Source: Trichoplax adhaerens
Lineage: Eukaryota; Animalia; Placozoa
Direction: 5' to 3'
Assembly (NCBI RefSeq): GCF_000150275.1
Contig: NW_002060943.1
Location: 7,882,066 to 7,946,065 of the forward strand
Length of the DNA: 64,000 nt
A program made the translations under genes and the position numbers. The notes below the pieces were generated by a model. The model was not told the DNA's origin and made no database searches. It saw nothing but the letters and a program-made list of their open reading frames with translations. This document shows, one piece after another, positions 23,701 through 38,358 of the stretch; the first letter of the stretch is position 1, and the number at the start of each line of letters is the position of its first letter.

Positions 23701-24837
23701 TTAAAATGTCTTCTGTACATACCCTGGGGATATATTTGCCTGAGGTATTGTTTGGCAGAAACCTGGCCGCCATTAACTGCTGCGCAGTGCGCAGTAGCAT
23801 GGACCTTTAGAACTCCAGAGGTCCATTATCCAAGCGAGTAATTATACAGTACAGTACAGTACAGTACAGTACTGTAAAAGCTAGCCAATCAGGTTACAGT
23901 ACAGTACTGTACAAGTGTACATACTGTTCTATGTGTACTGTACTACCGCTAAGCAAAGTCTTGTGCTACCAAATTGTAAGCAGTGACAGTTCTGAATCAG
24001 AGATATATAAAATAGTTTTAGCAGCACCATATCAAAATGTGTTAATAAATAAATAATTATATAATTGAAGTTTTATTTAAGGTCTCTATAGTGATAACTC
24101 GATCTCAGTCATATAAGGCAGTAGGCCTGCAATAGTCAGAGTACAGTATGTAAATTTGACGGTACTTTGGAACGTCCCTTGCAGTTACATACCGGTCTAC
24201 ACGTTCGTACTGGTCTTAATTTAAGGGAAAATTAACCATATGCCCAATTAATTTAATCCATTTAATCGGGTAATAGTCTCCTAGGTAATTTCTGTACTGA
24301 CAAAATGGACTGTGTAGCATCGGGAATGAACACATAGCTGGATGTATATGATTCGACTAGTCTTCAGTATTAAAATTAAGCGCGATTTACTGTAATTTAC
24401 TGTCATAACTTCAAAGAGTAAGTAGAAGTCAACTTACATACTAGTACTGTACATTGTACAATACAATATAACAACAGACTAAAATTCTATGAAATAGTTT
24501 ATCGTCTTAGATTTTCGTATTATCTTCTTTGCTTAATGATTTTTGAAATTTTTGTTATTATTTAGGATTAAGCTTCGGTTGCAGTTGTGCATTTTATCCT
24601 TTGGGTTGGGATAGTGCTTCGGTGCGAGTTATTTGTGGAGAACAGAGTGCTATTTATCGCCTAGGACGATGCACCATTGGATGGTGTTACTGGGCAGGAA
24701 TTGCCTCTTCGGCAATTTCTCTGCTGGCTGCAATACTGGCTTTTACCAGTTTTGCGATAACTGCTAATAGAGATCGACAGGTTAATCGGTCGAAATCATC
24801 TGATGCTAGAGAAACATCTCCTAATCATAATGTTTAA
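20797..24837 (+). CDS. LHFPL-family (TMHS/GARLH-like) tetraspan membrane protein, 2 coding exons (20797-21214, 24566-24837)
   Basis: Four hydrophobic segments with the family motifs PYWLIG, FGTFRACNYP, CARYNDFNDIPSIAWK and FYPLGWDSASVRVICGEQSAIYRLGRCTIGW. The phase-1 GT-AG intron 21215-24565 joins in frame. The specific paralog cannot be assigned. Confidence 0.9.
23846..23945. repeat. (CAGTA)5 microsatellite cluster with CCAAT box inside the LHFPL intron
   Basis: ACAGTACAGTACAGTACAGTACAGTACTGT, then AGCCAATCAG at 23883-23892, then ACAGTACAGTACTGTACA. Confidence 0.8.
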
Positions 24838-26891
24838 TCACACTATAATAATACGAGAAATCGCATCAAACCTTAGATTTCAATAGTAAATAATTAAAAT
24901 AATATATTTATTAATGCTAAAAAATATTAGTAAATTTAATCGTTTTGCTCGGAGTCAATGACTGTAGTATAAATTATAAATGACAGACATAAATTAGCTG
25001 TCTAATGCAATGATAAATCCCTGAAATGCTAAAATACGCACATCGATACTGAATGATTGATATACGAGTAGAATTAGATCAAAAATTTTATCAAATGCAT
25101 TTAAATTTTAGACAATAGCTCAATGAATGGAAGATTCAGTTCATGAAATCTATAGGAGTGATATTTCGATTTTATCATTAATTGATGCTTTCTTTGGTCC
25201 TCTTTAATCGCGGATAAACAGCTAGAAATTGAAAATGTTTCGAATTCACTATTCATATACATCATCAATGTCTTTACACTGTTATTAGGTTTCATCATTA
25301 GTTATACAGTAGAAGGCCATTGACATTAATTTAGATCTATTTCTGTTGCGTATCTATTACAATGTAAATAATATCGACTTCCATATCATTGTTAACTAAA
25401 TTATATAATACAACTAATAATCTAATCTAAAAAGCTCTAGATCTGCATTATGAGCAATGCAAATCTATGCTTGTATCATTTAGTTATATATTCCGATTAA
25501 TTATAAGTAGCGAAGCTTGAAGAGATAAAAATGTAAATTGAGTTAAAGAATTAAAAGAATCTGCAATCGAGGTACGCATTTATAGCGCAAATTTTATACC
25601 TCTATGACAACACTGTCGCTAGTTTATTAAGTATAAAATTTTCGATGTTTTTACTTATGCATTATTTAAAGCACTCTCTATGTCATATGTAACTGAACTG
25701 ATTACTGTAAAGCTTGTATTTATTGACATTTTTTCATTTATCAAATACAATCTTAAAATTAATTTCTGAAATAAATAACTGGATTTAAGCTATATTCGTT
25801 CGAGTAGATGTTAGTAGGATAGTGTATGATTATGGTATAAAATCATTTCAGCAAATTTTATTAATTCGCAACCTTCTTCCTTTAAGTTCTTTTATTATTT
25901 CTGATACCATGAACTACTCGATGCACCTAGTAGTCCATACTGATACCTAATTAGTATTTAAAATAGCGGTGACTCTTGTTGCTACTATCATACATTATTT
26001 GTATGACTTAACTTGCTATTATTGGGCAGTGAACATCCATTAGTAAGAATCAATTTTAAATTATCAAATTGATAATTATAATAATCAATTAATGTCGATA
26101 ACTGTGTACCTCAACTTGACATATGGTAAATGCGAACTATACAAAACTGGCAGTTAATTAATGATTAAAATATTTTCACTGCGGTATCGAACTTAAAAAA
26201 TATTCGTAATACGTATATCCTTCTTACCACAGTAATGACATACCGTGATTCGATACCATATTCTCAAAAGTCTTGCAAAAGTATATCTAACGATAATTAT
26301 CTTATTACAATTATATCCTAAATCTTATTAATGAAGTACGTTTGAAAGTGTATAATATACTGAGATCAATCACTATATAGGTTTCTTCCCTGATGCAAAC
26401 AATATGCTTACAATCGAAATTAAAAAATATTGCTAATAATTATTTTGGATGTCAATAGCTTACATAGTGTATTAAATAATATACTCGTACATATATACGT
26501 AACATGAGGTTTATGCTTTATTTGTATCGTAAACAGTGCATACTTCAAATTAAAGGCCAATTGATTATAATTAGTTACATGGGTATATTTCTCATTTTGG
26601 TAACAAATGAAAACAATGATAGAATTTATATCACAACACAACATAGGGCGAACAGTGAGTATCTAAAATGTATGCACGAAGCTATCAAAATTTTAATCAC
26701 ATATGTTAACGATATCAAATGTTATGCACAGTAAGTAAATTCACTCAGATATTTGCTTAAGAAATTGTCGGATATAGCTATTCGATAACGTCAGTATTTG
26801 AAGACAGTAACAATAATTATACATACAAAGATAAGAAAATAAAACCTTGCTTGTTAATATGACTTATGCGGTCAGCATGCTTTAATGTCGT

Positions 26892-29800
26892 CTACGACAA
26901 GTGAAATGATAGCTGTCCTTCATTTATTGCAGTTCTTAACTTAACAGACATTACTTCGATAGTAGAATAATCAGGTAGCTTTAAGTAATTTACACAACTC
27001 ATTACTGACGGGAGCAAATCATCCGTTTCCCTTTGTATGTCGAAAGCCTTACGAACAATTGTTAATGGAGGATTTAAGCTTTTAAGTCCTAGTAATTTAA
27101 GTATTTACACATAATTAATTCATATAGTATTTGTCAATCTATTATCGTGTATTATAATATTAAACAGATAAACCGAAATACCTCCTATCGGAAGTCTTGG
27201 ACTGCCAGTGACAAATTGCAGAAATTGGCGTTGCTCATCAGTCTCATACGATGACAATATTTCGAAAAGAAATTTCACGGCGCGACTAATATAATAAATA
27301 ATTCTCAGTGAAGACTTTAAATGCTATAAAATTGTGCTAATGTTACAAACCTGTCATGATTATAACCATGGTCGATACGGCAACAATCTATTAAATCTGT
27401 GAAATATAAGAAGTAAGTTTGATTGTAATCCTTTAGAAATTGTATAGCAAAACTAGCATATTTTTTTAACCTTTCATATTAAATTTTTCAAGTTCTTTTC
27501 CGGAAAATAAAAGATTTATCTAAGAGAAATGTCTAAAATTTAGCTTGAAAGTTTTAAATTATTACCTAAATCATGGTATTACTATGCTTACTTCATAAGG
27601 GTAAAAAATCTGTAACTTTGATAGTGGAAAGATACTTTCAAATCCTTCTTTAAAAGCAGTCATTTGCTTAGACACACCTTCAATAAGGGTCCAGTGTATT
27701 ACCAGCTAAAAAAGAAATTAAATCTTCCATATTGAATCAAGCGTAACCTTAACGTAAATTTCCATCGAGTCACGAACCTGCAAGTAGTCTTCCAAGTTTT
27801 CAAGCGATACAGACATATTTTTACTGTTTTTCTACAAGTGGGATAACAGTTTTAGTAGTAGTACTTGCAAGTAAGCATTTCAAAGAATTTTGAAAAAGCG
27901 TGATTACTTTTAACTCAAAATTAGGCTGGCCAGGTAACGTAAAATCTAAACAAAGGTCATCTACAGTTTCTTCAAGCTTTCGTAAATTAGCGACGTTTTC
28001 CTTCGACTACATTTGTTTAAATACATGATATTAGTAAGATGAAATAGTAAATTATTTCACTATTTCACTTGCAATAGAAATGCCAGGATGAAAAAACATT
28101 TATGATTTTATATTTAGTTCTTACATTGGAACTATCATTCTCAATTCGTGTTTTTTCTATTAGAATGCCATGGAGATCATTTAAAGACTTTGCAAAAACT
28201 GGATCAATAATCTAACGTTATAGATTTTAACCATTAGTAAAACAAGTTTATTAAAATTGGCAGTAAATAGGATACTAATTCAATACCTGGATATCCTTAA
28301 TATTTAAAGTTGATTCTAGGTTTAGAATCCATTTACAAAATGGTTGACTTAGCGGAAGATCGACCTAATGTAAGTATGGTATTTAATATATTTAGAAAAA
28401 ATATAAAAATATTCAGAAAATTTTACAGCAGATGTGCTAACCAATCTAAAATCCATCAAAGCTTTAGCAATGAACCGCCCAAGTAAATTAAACCTATTAC
28501 AAATCTGTTTTACGGTTGTCGATTTAGTTTTCTTGCCTATCGGATCTATCAGACAAAGCAGATTAGTTAATCTTGATAATTTAAGGAAAACGTCCAATCA
28601 GTTGCTTAAAATTCATATGTCAGTTTATTTTGTCATACTTGGATAGAGTCCATAAGAGGTACCAACGTAAGATTTCCCGTCAATATCACCTAAAATTGTA
28701 ATATATCAACATATGGAAAATAAAGCAATGATAATAGCTTAACTGATCATCAATTAATATATTGTACTTGTGCTTTTCGAGACGTCATTTCGCCACATAT
28801 TGAGATTACATCGTTGAAATTCTTGTGATACTTGCGTAAAAAATTCCATAGTAGGGCCTGATCCAAATCCAACCTGATTTATACGTCCAAATTCGTTCAT
28901 TTCAGCTCTCTGTAATTAATATTAGCTACTGTTATTTACTAACCTCTCCGTCATATTGTATTTCTAAAATTGACTTCGAGCAACTTCTATCCTGAAAGAT
29001 TGCTTCTGCTTCTTTTAGTATGTCATTACGAGAAATAACTTTCTGGAAAGAGAAAATGTATTTTTTCTAAGTATAACAAAACTAGAAATTGAATACTGCA
29101 ATCTCCACATACCTTCTTTTTATCAAGTCGACGATTTGAATTGCTACTATTGGAAGCGTCAGTGCGTGAACTAGTTGTTTTCTCCTAAAAAATTTACTTT
29201 ATAAATCATTCCACGTTCAAATTGAACTGTGATATATTATAATAAACCAACCTGTAACTTTATCATAGCACGTTCACGATCAAAGGCAGTATAATAGAAG
29301 AGTAACTGCCGATGTTCGAAAGATATCAGAAAGGGACTAAAAAATGTATAAAGATTGCATATAAATCTTTTATGAGGCGTTCGTGATACTGTATATACAA
29401 TTCTTTAATACCATTCGTGACAGATAGCTGTCAACCACGTTGGAAAAGTCGATGCCATAACAGCAATTGGATCTAGTAGTTTTTCAATGATAGGACTGAA
29501 TAAGTCATTACTAGAACAGATTTAAAAGTGTAATACTGTCAATAAATTATAATTAAAACCTTGTAAAAGTCTTGCTGCTTTGGTTGATAATTTATCGCTA
29601 GAGAAATTCTCTCTTTGAACGGTCTCAATTAAACTCTCCGGAATCTGAAGGTTACACATCGATAAATAACAGATACTATGTCACGCTTTCATAATTATCA
29701 GATAACTGCAATGAACGAAGTTCTTGAAACAGTTTTAAATTGAGACCTGATAAATTCTAAGATTATCTGTCATAAAGTAGATCTCTCTTAAGAGGCCAAT

Positions 29801-32800
29801 TATTTCTGCGGATGGATCACCTAATATGCAATAAAAAATATTTATTAATCATGGCTGTCTCTGGCTATACTAAAAACAATATTCTAATTGTGGTCACATA
29901 CCCAAGGAAATTTTTTTCTTAACCGCTAGATCAATCCTTGCAAGTATCTCCGCGTTTGAAATATAGTCTATTCGTAAGGGTTATCATGGGTATTAATTAT
30001 ACAAGAAAATAAGTATTGTATTTCCCAGGTTACAAGATCAGTAACATTACCTGATACTTTCCAATTTGATTTCGAAGATTTGCCGCTACTATTTTTTCTA
30101 TGTTTTCGGGTAGATTCGGTACTTTCTTCCGAATGAGCAGCGGCATCAGTGATTGGTCGGTACCTACGTAGAAAGTTTAATTTAATACTTGTAGTTTACG
30201 AACAATTGATTAGCGCAACGCCTACATACAGTACATTAAATATTTTTATATGCATTACCACACAGTATGAACATGGCTCCACAGGGCGGATGAACAATTT
30301 TCACGTCCGGAATTGTAAAATCCATATTTTGACTAAAAAATGAATAGGTGTAAGAAGTTTTCGAATAAAAATTAGCTGAAATTGTTAACTTTATGTGATC
30401 ATATAATTAAGAATACTTCGTAATGTCGGCAAACTGCTTCGTAAAAAGTCACATTGTATGTAAGAACGGTGTCTCCAATTAATAATTCTAATTGATGTCT
30501 AAAAAATAATTATTGCAATTATACATGAATAGAATTATGATCATATCAGCTAAATTTTAAAAGATATCACTAATATATATCTGTCTTTACCTGGCATTGC
30601 TAAAACCAAAGAATTGACCGGTTGCCTAATTTTGATTAAAGAGTTGGTTAATTGTCCCCGTTTACATTAACGTAGCGAAATATAGCATACCTTTACACTG
30701 CTACCGTCATCGGAACTGAGGGCAAGAAACGAGATATTGAAGACAAATTAAATTAAAATTTCATAGCAAATAATTATTAACGCAAATGACAAGGTTTAAC
30801 TTACTCTTCATCGCTGTCAAGATGGTCGGCTCCCTGTTTTAAAATCAACCTAATTTAAGATTATATTCATAATTAGAATTATAAAGATGCTCTACTTTAC
30901 CTTGCTTTGCGTCCCATAACCTCGCATTAATAGATAACGTTCTAATGCCTATAAAATAAGTACCATGATCATGAATTATGTCAAATCGCCATAATAAACT
31001 ATATCGATAAAAAAGTTATAGTCTTTTACCTCAATCTGTGCTAACGGATCGATTTTTAAAATGCCACCTCTCCATTGATCGAGATTATTGCAAGATGGGT
31101 GACGCTTAAGTTGGCACTATTATTAGGGCAGAACAGTTTTAATATCATCAAGGTAATGCAAACTTAAAGCAATTACACTAAAGATTTATAAAGACCGTAA
31201 GATTATACCTTCAATTGATGAGAAAGTAAATATCCAACAGAATAAGACCTAAAGCATATCCGAGATCAAGTAAACATATTATAACGATAAAGCTACATAC
31301 TTATATCGTCTTTTTTACATACCCGTCACCGGATATTGAATGATTCGTTGGGACTGAAAACTAGAATACACATAAAGCTATTAAAAATAGACAAGATAAT
31401 TGACGAAAATCAACGAGGAAAGAATTCATAATCAAGCTACTAAATACCTCTTCTTGTTGAGTGACACAGTTAATTAGTTTTTTTATTAACAGAATTAATG
31501 GGGAAGATGATTGTATCGCCTGAAATGAAAAGAAGGAATAAGTTAATACAAGTCTAACATCAATAAATTCTATGCTTATTGCCAGTTAGGCGTTCATTTA
31601 GAGCAAAGAGATACTATTTTACCTGAACCTGTTCGTTCGATAATAGTTCCTTGTCCATCGATAGCTATTAAATAATAAATACACTGGTTTTTATAATCCG
31701 ATCAAAACCAATGCTTGATCATTCGTATATCAAATTCAAGACTTACTGGAAAATTTAGAAATACGTTCAAAAATTGAATGTGGTGTTTCATTTTTAATTC
31801 AGAATTTAAATTAGTTCCGGAAAGAAATCTAAAGGATGATACAAAACAAGGTAGTTACAATACAAGGGTTAAACCGTTACATCATCAAAACTCTGACACA
31901 CTTTAATAAACTGGTAATAACACCGCTATGGATCATTTCAAAAGTTGTAATATTTTCATCGCCTCCTATAGTTACGGATTTTAATTCCTGATAAAAAATT
32001 GGTTAATTGTAAGTTAGTTCACATGTGTATTTTTCACAAGTGGACAAATATAATGCAATATACACCTTCAAATTCTTGATATTCCTGGGACTCTGAAATA
32101 GTGTAAACAAGATTGTGTAAAGCACACAATTGCGACTCATAGATTATGATTAAAACTCACAAAGATACTTACGTTTCCTTGCAGACTGCGAGCGATGTCA
32201 GATAATTTCGATAAAATATTGCTAGAATGTCTGACATTCGAATTGGATGCTTCGTTTTCATAATAATTGTCACAGAAACGTTGGGCTATAGGAAAGTAAT
32301 AAGTCTGGTGTTAAATCTACTTTAATACTATTTGTTTCCAATTAAAGGATATGATCGCAAACCTTGATCTTTAATCCATTGCCTTAATTTCGAGGTCCTT
32401 TCATTAGAAACATTTAAATTGGATTTCTAGATAAGCAATTATAAAAGATAATTTATATTTCCGGTACATGATTTGCTATTTCATCAATTATCGAAGTTTA
32501 CATATGATAAATCCACGAAATATAGATTATATGAGCTATTCTAGATACCTTTCGATCGGATGCTGATTCTATAGTAGATTTATGCTTTTCTCTTTTATTA
32601 CTTTTCCGCCTGATATAAAAATTACGTCAGTAATACTGATTTTTATATATAAATTTCTGTCTGGATAATTAGAGTATTACCTTTCCATGGGATTTGGCTT
32701 AATTGGTGCATGTTCAGCAAAGGAACTAGTAACAGGCTCTCGGATATCATCGTAACTCGTAATCTAGAGTAACATTTAAGATTTTATTACAAATTTCAGC

Positions 32801-35800
32801 AAATACCACAGACCAGATAACATATATACAGTTAGCAATATACATTATCAATTGATTTAGCCAGATTAGCCACAGCGTGGAATACTCCTATAAGGTTTAG
32901 ATAGAAAAAAATTTTAGTCAAACATAGATACATTTGGATGAAATATTACCGTCTTATTAGAGATATCATACCTTCTTTGATAAAATAGTTTCGAAAAACA
33001 TCTTCAAGCTTATGCATTAATACCTGTGCCATCAAGAGGCTAGAAGCTATAGTTCTAAGATTAATTGACATACTAGTTAGCAGTAATAACATAGAAAAAT
33101 ATATTTATTATCTAACATATATTGTAATTCCTACCTGATTTCTTTCGATGAGATCATGAGCGTTAAATAACTGTAATAAATTTTGAACATGTAGGTAAAT
33201 GCAGATATCAAGTACAACTAAAAAATGTTACTACTGTACTATTGAGAAAAAATCTCATATACCATGATATAGCATGATCACGAAGGATATCTCTTAAAAC
33301 TTCCGAACTATATCAAAGTAATAGACTGGTTTAGTATAGGGATAACAAATTTCAGTGTAGATAAATATCATACCTTGAGAAATAAATCATTTTAAGAATT
33401 GCATCTAGACAACGTAGTCGAACATCTAGCGCAGGCTGAAAAGCAGTTATCACAATTAAATGAAAGTGTATGATCCCAGAGCAAACTTGTTAATAAAGAT
33501 GGTAGTGGAGGAAAGAGAATTAGCTGTGTAAAGTAAATTGCAAAAACCTACCGTTGAAATATAAACTTCGTAAAATACAGCGAAAAGGCTCTAAAGAAAT
33601 ATATATACCATCAGCATTACATATTGAACTATTACACAATTCGAATTATATTTAAATCTATCGATTTCTGCAAAACCTTTATAAAGTCCACCGATAACTG
33701 AGAGTTTTGTTCGAAAAATGCCTTTAAAATCTCTTGATTCTACGATATAAATAGATAAGCACACACAAAGAAAAATCGTAGTTTAAACACAAAGGCCTCA
33801 GTAATCACAAAATTAACTTCAGAAGATATTATTTACCTGATTGATGACCTTTTTATCTGCAGATCGCTTTCTCGACAATCGACGTATTGGTCGCGACATG
33901 CGAGACAGTTCATTTGTCTGATGTATTTATAAACAAATACAAGCTTGAGGTATTTGCAAATTAATCGTGTAATTATAATAAATATGTAATTACTTGCTGC
34001 ATTGAGTTCAGGTCTATATTGTATGGACCTCCATCGATCTCAATACTGACTTCACCTTCACCCTGGCGGTATGCATGCTGGATAAACAGAGAAAATTTTT
34101 GTTCCGTCAATAATAAAATACGTTCTAAACTTAATAGTCCACTACGAACCTCTAACAGCATCCCATGATGGTTTAAATAAGGTCTCCAAAGCCCATTATC
34201 ATCTTGCCATTGCCATTGAATCTAAATTAAAGGAGCAGATCATAACTAAAATCATGAAGGAAAGTCGAGAAGAAAATTCTCTATTATAGTGCATTATCTT
34301 ACAGGATTTGAAATGTTACTATTTGATTCAAGATGTCTTCTTATCTCAAAGATTCCTAAGTATATTTAAAAGCGCGAAAACGAACACTCAAATCGTGAAT
34401 CTTTTTGCAAGGTTAGAATAAGCAATAAAGATCCTTTTGCTATTAGTTACCTGACTCCGGAAGTTCCGGTAATAGTTTGCTAAAAGTATTAAATGAAAGG
34501 TATTATTAATATATTAATAGTAGCTACAAATTACCTAAATATAATTGATGAAATGATTTCATAAATTACCAAACAAAAGAAGATATCGCGTGCAGTTCTT
34601 GAATACTCTTTGGAAGTAACTTCAATTTATAATTAGTCAATACATATAACAACATTAACGACATGATGTACTGGTCCGTTTTCAATATCCTATGGCTTAC
34701 CTTTAAATTGCCTGCAGTAATATCGACATCAGCCGAACCAATCAGCCAAAATCTAATACTATTGGCAATATCTAGGATAGAGAAGAGCTGCTTTAGAACT
34801 AATAAACTGAAATAATAGTAGCTCAAATATTATTTTACTTTGCCGGATTAGCTTCAATGCGGCCTCAGGTACAGTGTAACAGAGAATCGTCAACATTTTA
34901 ACACAGTCAATGAAAGAGTCCGTACTAATCAAAGGCGGAGACAGTGTAAGCTGTAAAATTTAATATTAACGTAAAATGTTAACCGCTTTATGGTATTAAG
35001 AACAGAATCATAACATAAAAAACATATCGTAAGTACGCATAACTCTTTAATAGATACTAACCAGCTGCTGTATCGATTTTAGTAGATTAAAATCAACAAT
35101 CTTCAATAGTAGCTCCTATAACGTAGCGATTATATGGGTAAAACCTTAGTATCTTCGCAATTATGTCTGGAAAAATATGTAGAAAATACCTCTTCCGCAT
35201 GCAAATTTCCAACAAGTCTACTGAAGCAAGTGCAGGAATTTTCGACGCATATCTTATCCTTAACGTAAATTCAAAGGTTAGTGAAAATACATTACTGAGA
35301 GGGACATAGCTGAAATATTATTACATTTTAATAAATATAACTCACTTGACATAGCAACTTTTCTAAGATAGTTGGTAAAACTTCCTTAACGTGATAAAAT
35401 TCTTTACTGGTGACATGATGGCAGCAATTTGCAGCAATAGTAAGTGCATATCGCTACATCAATTCGTAATATGGAAAGTATAAATGACATTTATAAGCAG
35501 AGAAAAAAGCCACAGTTGCTAATTACTGTTATCCGAAAATTTACCTGTGTATTTATAGGGAAAAAGTCAATGTACGTTAAGCAAATGTTGATACCATCGT
35601 GATCGAGAATAGCTTTTGCATGACGTTTGGATAACTCCTTTAATGTCATTAAAGACTGTTCAGCAACGTCCATAAATTCAATTGCTTTTAGCTACATTAT
35701 CAATCAGTAACAATCAAACAAAGAGTTCAATATGTTAATAGATGTACTATTAAAAATCAAGGTATTATGAAATATATAACTTCCACTTTAGCAACCTTAT

Positions 35801-38358
35801 TTAATAGCTGTGGGATAGCAGACGCAATTACAGGCGAAGTCCTTGGCAGAACTACTAATAGATTAGTTAAGCATCGACCAGCATGATTCATCTATCAGGT
35901 ATGATGAATTAGAATATTAGGGATATATCAGTACCTTGTTATGAAATATAATGGATAAGCCTCCAAATTTATGTTAGATTGAAGTTATTAGATATACTAA
36001 CAATTTCAAAGTTATGTTCCTTTTCAAGAAGTTTCACTAATGCCGGAACTATTTGCCTAACGGGAAATCCGGCTAAGGTGTCTTCATTTCCCATAAGAAT
36101 TTCCTAAAATTGATGCATGTTAACTTATTATCAACGTAATGATAGCTTTATGTTAGCCTAGTTGAAAGATGATGAGAGTGCCATACTTGTGAGAGATTCA
36201 TGACAGCTTCCGTCTGCCGCGGCTCACTATCGGATTGCAGTTCATCGAGGACCGGCTGATATTTCGAAGCTAATAATAATAAATTATAGCAAAGCACCTT
36301 ATAAAATAATATAATTAAGGCTCCAACTACACTAATTACGTTATTCAGTAATAAAATAGTAATACTACAGCATAAAATAAAATTAACGAACCACTTCCAA
36401 CGGTTTTTTGAATCAATTGCTGCACATGAGGTCGTAATGCTCCTAAAAGATGTGACGGCAGTCCTCGTGAAGCAAGCAAGGCTAGCGATTCAAAATTTAA
36501 GTAATGATATCAGTACGTGCAATGCGCTTGTTATGAATCTTTGGAATCAAGGCAAAACATTGTAGATATTTTAATGAGATTGCAACAACTTAAATATTCA
36601 AGTAACAGACTTTTTTGTACTGCATTGACTTTATTAAATATAATATATTACATAGAAACACTTGATAAATACAGTATTATACCTTGCAATCTCCCAAGTT
36701 CACCTTCATCCGGTGCACTAAGATCATCAATACTTCGGGGTGATGAATGTGCTAATAATGCATGTTAATAAATGATATGATACTGTTAAAGATATACAAG
36801 TACTAAATATACATTACCTTAATATAACTATGAAATCTAAGGTAATGTGATCGGAATGGTAACATTATCTTAACTGACAAGATATACATAATATATCAAC
36901 CTATAAGGGACGGAATACCACCAGAGGCGCCAACATTGGCATTAGCTGATTGACCTCCATCTCTCCCCGATAAACTTGCGGAATTCGAAGAACTATTTTG
37001 ATCGTCTGATGACATCGCCCGGCTACCTTCAACGTCACAATCGGGCTTCCGGGGGCTGCGCCCACGACAACTGGAAAAGGAAAAGGTGTCAATGTTGAAA
37101 ATATTGCCGAAGTTAAGTTATAAAAGTAAGACTAATCCGTCCAATCATGAGTTCAATATTATATACTGCATGCATATTTATGAAATGTAAAATTTGTATT
37201 ACAAATTGCGTTGTAGAAAGTAATAGAAACAATGGACTATTACTGTAGGATATCTTCTACAGTAATGTTACCTAGTACTGGAACAGGAACCCGTTGCTTC
37301 TGTGTGGGAATTACTCTTGTTGTCAAGATGATAATTCACACTTGTATCAACCAAGTTAGTGCTCTTTACTTTATCACCTAAAATGTGATAATCGCTCACA
37401 GGATCAATTTCAGACGAGCTTTTAGGAACTAGTAAAAATGAAAGTAATAAAATTTTAGATCAATTAAACGACATTTATTACTTTCAAATGCACTTTATAC
37501 AAAATATTTGATAACGAGTGTAAAACAAGATTTAAAATTTGAATATAATTTCATCATAATTGTAACTATTTGCGCAGACTCTTTAAGAAGTATCCATGAC
37601 TAAAGCTGACCTCGTTGCTCGTATTTACTGTAACCAAATCGAACAGGAGGGGTTGAATGGCGTTTAGAACGCCTTACGCTTTTGCTGGAGGAGGAATAGG
37701 AGTCTTTATTTGATAATCTATTCAAAAATTTATACAACACCAGTGAAATTAGAGAAAAACATTTCGTAATTGAATAGTAATTTATTCAAAAATGCTATTA
37801 CTTTATCTGCAATAGAAAAAGGTTGCAATCTCGTTACTAATCCACAAGGTGTACTCAAGCAAAGGGTAATACTGGACAATGTTTGAATTAGGCAATCTAT
37901 AGTATTGCTTACAAGGGTCAGCCACTCCATTTTTATTAAGGAAAGCTGATTTTAAAAGAATTATTGTCAACAACGTATATATTATGTATGCTTAGACTAT
38001 TTCTTGTGAGATATTTACGTCAATAAAATATTTCTGCAACATTGTTAATAGTTAACAACAATCATCAAGTTAACTTGATCAAGGCTAAGGTTGACGTTGC
38101 AAATGGCCATTACAGCGACTATAATATACGTCGTATAACGGTAAGCTATCTTTACAGAAAAAGTGGGCAAAGTCGCTAAGATATTAATATTGATTATCTA
38201 ATACAATTTCTACCTATACTGTAATTGATTATTACTGTATACTTTGTTTGAAAACTTTCTATAACAAAAATCAACCTCCAGACGGTACAGTACAGTACCA
38301 TACACTAGCGAACACTCGATGACGGTGACCTCCAGTATCACCTATTGTGACTTTTCAT
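26892..38358 (-). CDS. TRIP12: TRIP12 E3 ubiquitin ligase (disordered N-terminus, ARM repeats, WWE, HECT), roughly 65 exons
   Basis: Putative first exon 38358-38342 (MKSHN…) stays in frame through exons at 37717, 37378 and 37070 to [20 protein letters not shown]. Further motifs: [22 protein letters not shown]; [18 protein letters not shown]…[12 protein letters not shown] (34221-33994); [35 protein letters not shown] and [17 protein letters not shown] (catalytic Cys); end EGQLSFHLS* (TAG 26894-26892). The start exon is less certain than the body. Confidence 0.94.
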
